Assembly: GCA_027031765.1 (NCBI GenBank)
Contig: JALVPN010000187.1
Coordinates: 1 to 9,736 of the forward strand
Direction of reading: 5' to 3'
DNA length: 9,736 bases
Source: Promethearchaeota archaeon
GTDB taxonomy: Archaea > Asgardarchaeota > Thorarchaeia > Thorarchaeales > Thorarchaeaceae
Shown here: positions 5,534 through 9,736 of the stretch, piece by piece
Layout: each line of letters starts with the position of its first letter
Position numbering within the stretch: the stretch's first letter is position 1
Program-made: the position numbers and the translations under genes
The notes under the pieces: generated by a model
The model's database searches: none
Told to the model about the DNA's origin: nothing
The model's input: the letters and a program-made list of their open reading frames with translations, nothing else

Positions 5534-7996
5534 CTACTCGCTGGACTCGCCCACTACGAGTGGTGCGACCCAGTTCGCAAAGACGAGCAGGCCACCTAGC
5601 GCCCAGATGCTGGCGAGGTTGAAGTGCCAGACCGCAGTGGCCAGGGAGTTGACGCCGATTATCACGAACAGCCCGACAGCCACGAGCATGAAGATGAGGT
5701 CTACCAAGAGCACTGGCCTCAGTGGCACACCACGGCGTCTGCGCACCAGTGGGATGAACACGGCAAGTGCGACGAGGAGGACTAGGCTCGCAACCTCCTC
5801 TATCCGTACGGTGGCGAACCCGAATGTGCGTTCGTACTCAGCAGACTCACCCTCTGGCGTGACTACGACGACCTTGACGACATGTTGCCACTTTGAGTAC
5901 GCACCGACATCGATGGTGAACTCGTTCTCTCCAGGTACGACCACGATGTCCACGAGACCGGGCACCTCGTCGTCGTCGACGTAGACGGACATTGTGACAT
6001 TGTCCCAAGTGGTCTCGACATCCACCGTGAACGTGACCGTACCCACGACTATGTCTGTGCGCGGGCCCACAATCCTTACTGACGGTGGCCCGTGGTTGTC
6101 AACGGTGAGGGTGAGGACTTCTGTCCACGTGTGACCGTAGAAGTCGTAGGCCACGAACAGGAACGTGTGGTCTCCTTCACTGAGCCCTGTCGTGTTGATG
6201 TGGACTGTGTTGACCCCTGGGGCAAGTGTGAGGAAGCGCGCGTCCTCGGACAGCACGCCGTCAACGTAGACCGAGAAGGTCACTCTGTCATGGGGGGTGA
6301 ACACCTTGACCCGCACGGTCATGACACCGGAGACCACCGAGTAGTCGGTGAGGTCTGCCACTGCAAAGCGTACGTGGTCCTTGAACACGAACCTGCGGGT
6401 GTCACTGGCCGTGAGGCCCTCCACCGTCCAGACGATCACCGTTATGTTGTGGTGGCCGTTCTCATACCTGCTCCCATTGACAGAGATTGTGACCACACCG
6501 GGTGCCACCGTGGTCATGTTGTACTCGGGTGTCGTCACCCCGTCGACAGTGACGTTCAGGTGCACCTGGTCGTAGTCGGACGAGATGTTGACGAGTATAC
6601 TGTCGAGCCCTGTGAACAGTGCGTCGTCCTCCGGCGACAGGATCTTGACCTCTGGCGGGCCATGGTTGTCAATATTGAAGGTGGTCTGCAAGACATCACG
6701 GTTCGTTGCATTGTACTCGAACACGAAAGTGAAGTTACGTGGCCCATCAGGTAGTACCGTTGTGTCCAGGGTAAAGTTCTTGACACCGGTGCCTGTCCAT
6801 GCGTGGTCGTACTGGGTGTAGCGCACCTCGCCATCAACGTAGAGCGTGGTGTATACGAAGCCAAAGTCCGAACCAATGTCCACCGTTATTGTGAGGTCTC
6901 CACTTACCGTAGAGCCGGGTGTTGGCCCGATGAGGAACGCCCGGACCGAGCCGGGGATGTTGTCCACCGTGTAGTTGACACTGTATACTCTCTGGTCGAA
7001 GGTGCCGGAGGAGTTGTACCAGAACCAGAAGGTGAAGTTCAACAGTCCCTCCCGGAGTGCTGTGGTCACGACCACTATGTACTGGCGTCCAGTGCCTATC
7101 AGCACACCGTCGTAGTCCGGGTACACCTCGTTGTCGATGAGCAGGGTGAAGTTGAGCGGCCCGTAGTCCGAGGCAACGTCCACTTGGAGCGCCACGGTAC
7201 CCACGAGCGTGCTGCCCGGTGCCGGCGTAAGGAACTCGGCTGAGATAGAATACCCGTCATTGTCAACTATGAACCTCAGGAAGTAGGTATAGTTTGCAGT
7301 GGTGTTGTATGCGAAGAACAGCTCGAAGTCAAGCAGTCCCTCATGGAGCGTCGTCGTGTTGATTGGGAACGTCTGCGTCCCGTTCCCCACGAGGGTCTCA
7401 TTGTAGTCCGGGTACACCCGCCCATCAATGTAGACCGTCAGGTTGAGTGGCCCATAGTCCGATGTGATGTTCACGACGAGGTCAAAGACACCCGACACCA
7501 CCGAGCCGTTCGCTGGCGATATGAGCCGCACCTTTATCGGGTCGTGGATGTTGTCAATCTCGAACTCGTAGTATACAGACTCCCGCTCCGTGGCGTTGTG
7601 CTCAAAGTAGCAGGTGAAGTTTGCCACGTGGTCAGGGTAGCCACTCACATCCACGGTGACGTTCTGCTTGCCCGTAGCAATCACGGTGTTGTTGTAGTCT
7701 GGGTACACATCACCGTCAATGAACAGGGTGAAGTTGAGTGGGCCAAAGTCCGACGCGACGTCGAGGGTCATGTTGAACACGCCGGCCACTGCGCTCCTGT
7801 TGGTCGGCGAGTCCAGTGTCACTGTGATGTTCGGTGAGTCGTAGCCCGATAGGGCCTCGACTGGTCGTGCGCCCGGAAACGCTGCGTCCTCTACTGTGTC
7901 CACAGTGGTGCGCGGCGTCACGGGCGGCATGTACAGGGCTCCCATCATCACAATCGATAGTACCAGAAGCGTCAGTACAGTGGTCCTCTTGTTCAT
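5534..7996 (-). CDS. Secreted, C-terminally membrane-anchored surface glycoprotein with seven Ig-like (Big_7-like) repeats
   Basis: 820 aa. Signal-peptide-like N-terminus MNKRTTVLTLLVLSIVMMGA; seven ~95-100 aa beta-rich repeats (pattern xxSPxxGSxVSG...V(Y)(I/V)DG...G...(V/I)DN); about 30 N-x-S/T sequons; three C-terminal hydrophobic segments. GGAAGG at 8009-8004 lies upstream of the ATG. Confidence 0.85.
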   Translation of the reverse strand: MNKRTTVLTLLVLSIVMMGALYMPPVTPRTTVDTVEDAAFPGARPVEALSGYDSPNITVTLDSPTNRSAVAGVFNMTLDVASDFGPLNFTLFIDGDVYPDYNNTVIATGKQNVTVDVSGYPDHVANFTCYFEHNATERESVYYEFEIDNIHDPIKVRLISPANGSVVSGVFDLVVNITSDYGPLNLTVYIDGRVYPDYNETLVGNGTQTFPINTTTLHEGLLDFELFFAYNTTANYTYFLRFIVDNDGYSISAEFLTPAPGSTLVGTVALQVDVASDYGPLNFTLLIDNEVYPDYDGVLIGTGRQYIVVVTTALREGLLNFTFWFWYNSSGTFDQRVYSVNYTVDNIPGSVRAFLIGPTPGSTVSGDLTITVDIGSDFGFVYTTLYVDGEVRYTQYDHAWTGTGVKNFTLDTTVLPDGPRNFTFVFEYNATNRDVLQTTFNIDNHGPPEVKILSPEDDALFTGLDSILVNISSDYDQVHLNVTVDGVTTPEYNMTTVAPGVVTISVNGSRYENGHHNITVIVWTVEGLTASDTRRFVFKDHVRFAVADLTDYSVVSGVMTVRVKVFTPHDRVTFSVYVDGVLSEDARFLTLAPGVNTVHINTTGLSEGDHTFLFVAYDFYGHTWTEVLTLTVDNHGPPSVRIVGPRTDIVVGTVTFTVDVETTWDNVTMSVYVDDDEVPGLVDIVVVPGENEFTIDVGAYSKWQHVVKVVVVTPEGESAEYERTFGFATVRIEEVASLVLLVALAVFIPLVRRRRGVPLRPVLLVDLIFMLVAVGLFVIIGVNSLATAVWHFNLASIWALGGLLVFANWVAPLVVGESSE
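5816..7828 (-). repeat. Intragenic tandem array of seven Ig-like domain repeats (aa 57-727); the first three have an exact 291-nt period
   Basis: The YPDY motif falls at aa 98, 195 and 292. The nucleotide blocks 7694-7762, 7403-7471 and 7112-7180 align, with 56/69 identity between the first and third by hand. Confidence 0.85.
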
Positions 7997-8061
7997 TGTA
8001 GAGCCTTCCTAATAGCCAGCGCTCTAACGGTCGGGCGTTTTGGCCCAGAGGCTTGGACTCG

Positions 8062-8069
8062 TTTTTAAA
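8062..8069 (-). promoter_or_regulatory. Candidate TATA box for the Ig-repeat gene
   Basis: TTTAAAAA on the minus strand, about 70 nt upstream of ATG 7996. It matches the archaeal TATA consensus and is the only such run nearby, implying a leader of about 40 nt containing GGAAGG. Confidence 0.55.
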
Positions 8070-8241
8070 GCTAGCGCCACCCACGAGACCGTCCCAGCGG
8101 CCGACCAACGTATCACCGTCCGCTACACAGACTACTCCCATCTGGCGGGCCGGCAGGTCACAACATGTCACAGATCCCTCACCGACAAGGAGACCAGTCG
8201 TCATCTGTTAGAGTGGACTGGCCGGCATCTCGTATGGCAGA

Positions 8242-8268
8242 CAATGCCCGGATGCAATGCCCGGATGC
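8242..8268. repeat. Perfect 13-bp tandem duplication (CAATGCCCGGATG)x2
   Basis: Read directly: 8242-8254 and 8255-8267, plus one more C at 8268. It lies 7 nt beyond the methyltransferase stop codon. Confidence 0.9.
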
Positions 8269-8275
8269 CTTGGTA

Positions 8276-9553
8276 TCAGGCCCATGCAACATCCTGTGTA
8301 GCACTGCTAGTCCTCAACAGCGCGGACGGCTCGACTGTGTCCACTGCATCGATTGCGTTCGTGAGATCCCGCTCAGCGCCGGCGCGCCCTGCTGCGTCCT
8401 TGAGCTCCCACAGTAGCCACCGTGCAATATCAGTGGCACAGGTCGTCTTGTCAAGCCCAGCGCTCTTGCTGATTGGGATGAAGTGTAGAATGTCCTCGTA
8501 GATTACGGTACCGAACTGGTTCTTGAACTTTCTCTCCTGATGACGCTCCAGATGGAACCCCCCAAGTTGACCGAGCAGTGCGAGGATGAGATCATTGCGG
8601 ACCCTCACACCGCGCACGGTGGACTCCCGACCAACTACGATGATTGCTCGCCCACCGGGTCTCAGGACGCGGTGCATCTCCTTGAGAGCATCAGCCATGT
8701 CGAGTATGTACTGCACTATGGTCAGGAACCTATTGCTACGGTACTTGCGGTTGGCGCCGAACTCCGACCTTGCGGTCTGTAACATGTCCCATCCGAGGAG
8801 TTCCAGTGCACGCCTGTTCTGCTGGTGATAGTTGAACACATTGACATATGGCGGTGATGTCAGAATGAGGTCAATGGACGAGCTACTGACGGGGAGCGCC
8901 CTGGCATCACACTGGTACACTTCGTACTGCCTGTCCACGACGGGGAGGTTGAGGACGAGTCTACAGTGTTTCTCAAAGGACACCCAGAAGTCATGCACCG
9001 TTGGTTGTGACGAGCGTTTCAACATGAGCATCAGCGTGTTGGCAAGGATGTTGAAGACAAAGGGATCGTCCCTGTGTCGCAGCACCACCGAGGCAATGAT
9101 TTCTTCAAGAGGGCCCGCCTGACATTCATCGTCTGTCACGGGGGCCGCTATCAGTGTGCCGGCAGAGGGTATGTTGGACTCAGCGATGCTCCTACACCTC
9201 TCTACCACTGTCAGTCTGTCGTGTTTCTTGAGGGGTATGAACATGCATGTCTGGGCCATGAGCACTGCACCAGGGTTGATGTCTGTACCCACTGCACTGA
9301 CCCCAGTCTGGGCTGCTGCAAAGACTGTTGTACCGCAGCCCACAAATGGGTCCACTACGGTATATCCTGGCCGGACGAACAGTCTGAGCAGTGCCGACAC
9401 AAAGTCCGGAGAGAACTGTCCTCTGTATGAGAACATGTTGTGGTTCCTGTTGGCACCAAGGTCAAGCAGTCCCTGGTCCACAGTGGTTCTGTCGATGGGC
9501 CGTGTCTCGTACTCCTTGGCGTAGTATGCAATCTGTTCCATGTTGACTGTCAC
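8276..9553 (-). CDS. N4-cytosine DNA methyltransferase, alpha-type motif order, resembling M.AvaI/M.BsoBI
   Basis: SAM-binding motif I DPFVGCGTT is N-terminal and catalytic motif IV TSPPY is C-terminal; SPPY is typical of m4C enzymes. Segments RGQFSP, SPPYVNVFNYHQ, SEFGANR..R.NRFLTIVQY and RQERKFKNQFG..IYEDILHF match my recollection of AvaI/BsoBI-family methylases, not verified by search. GTG 9553 has SD GGTGAGGT upstream; ATG 9541 is an alternative start. Confidence 0.88.
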   Translation of the reverse strand: MTVNMEQIAYYAKEYETRPIDRTTVDQGLLDLGANRNHNMFSYRGQFSPDFVSALLRLFVRPGYTVVDPFVGCGTTVFAAAQTGVSAVGTDINPGAVLMAQTCMFIPLKKHDRLTVVERCRSIAESNIPSAGTLIAAPVTDDECQAGPLEEIIASVVLRHRDDPFVFNILANTLMLMLKRSSQPTVHDFWVSFEKHCRLVLNLPVVDRQYEVYQCDARALPVSSSSIDLILTSPPYVNVFNYHQQNRRALELLGWDMLQTARSEFGANRKYRSNRFLTIVQYILDMADALKEMHRVLRPGGRAIIVVGRESTVRGVRVRNDLILALLGQLGGFHLERHQERKFKNQFGTVIYEDILHFIPISKSAGLDKTTCATDIARWLLWELKDAAGRAGAERDLTNAIDAVDTVEPSALLRTSSATQDVAWA

Positions 9554-9556
9554 ACG

Positions 9557-9564
9557 ACCTCACC
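9557..9564 (-). promoter_or_regulatory. Shine-Dalgarno site of the methyltransferase gene
   Basis: GGTGAGGT on the minus strand; its GGTGA core is 6 nt from GTG 9553. Confidence 0.6.
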
Positions 9565-9736
9565 ATGTCGTGTCATTGGCGCAGCAGCACCGGCGCCTGT
9601 CCTCAACGCATGCGTTCTCTGACCATATTACTGCAACCTGACCTTATGTATCTGTATGTACGACCTGGCCGCACCTGGTCAGACGACGTCTGTGGTCAGG
9701 CAATTGTCGAGGCGCACCCAGGGACGCCACTCACAG

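Noticed and set aside
5816-7828. Ig repeats as a diversity-generating retroelement target or CRISPR-like array
   Set aside because: Mismatches between repeats are not adenine-specific, no reverse transcriptase is in the window, and the repeats are in-frame protein domains without unique spacers.
7999-8026. TAGAGC/GCTCTA stem flanking the Ig-gene ribosome-binding site
   Set aside because: Only 6 bp with a 16-nt loop that leaves most of GGAAGG unpaired; within chance.
8246-8268. Resemblance of GCCCGGATGC to the enterobacterial REP left arm
   Set aside because: There is no complementary right arm and no other copies in the window; a short chance match.
7716-8501. ORFs 7716..8204 (-) and 8040..8501 (+) as a possible endonuclease or controller gene
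   Set aside because: They overlap the Ig-repeat gene or the methylase extensively, have no nuclease or HTH motif, and lack translation signals.
1-9736. tRNA, rRNA, transposase, integrase
   Set aside because: No cloverleaf with a T-loop, no rRNA-like stretch, and no DDE or tyrosine-recombinase motifs in any frame examined.

Overview
GC-rich (about 60% in sampled lines) archaeal-looking window. The archaeal reading rests on a ThiR-type regulator, TATA boxes placed for leaderless transcripts, GGTG(A)-type ribosome-binding sites and a sequon-rich surface protein; an Asgard/Thorarchaeota-like origin is only a guess. Left half: a thiamine ABC transporter operon thiB-thiP-thiQ on the minus strand (thiQ runs off the left edge and is missing from the ORF track), divergent from an HTH + ThiN-domain regulator (ThiR). 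A 15-bp palindrome lies between back-to-back TATA boxes and no TPP riboswitch is visible. Middle: a GNAT acetyltransferase converging on an 820-aa membrane-anchored protein with seven Ig-like repeats and about 30 N-glycosylation sequons. Right: a lower-GC, apparently solitary N4-cytosine DNA methyltransferase resembling the AvaI/BsoBI (CYCGRG) family. Its start is buried in a hairpin and overlapped by an 8-codon uORF, with a palindrome-rich upstream region and a 13-bp tandem duplication downstream. CYCGRG and GATC both look under-represented by hand count. No rRNA, tRNA, CRISPR array or transposase was seen. Most components belong to known families; I found no clear-cut new system, only candidate regulatory and architectural oddities.
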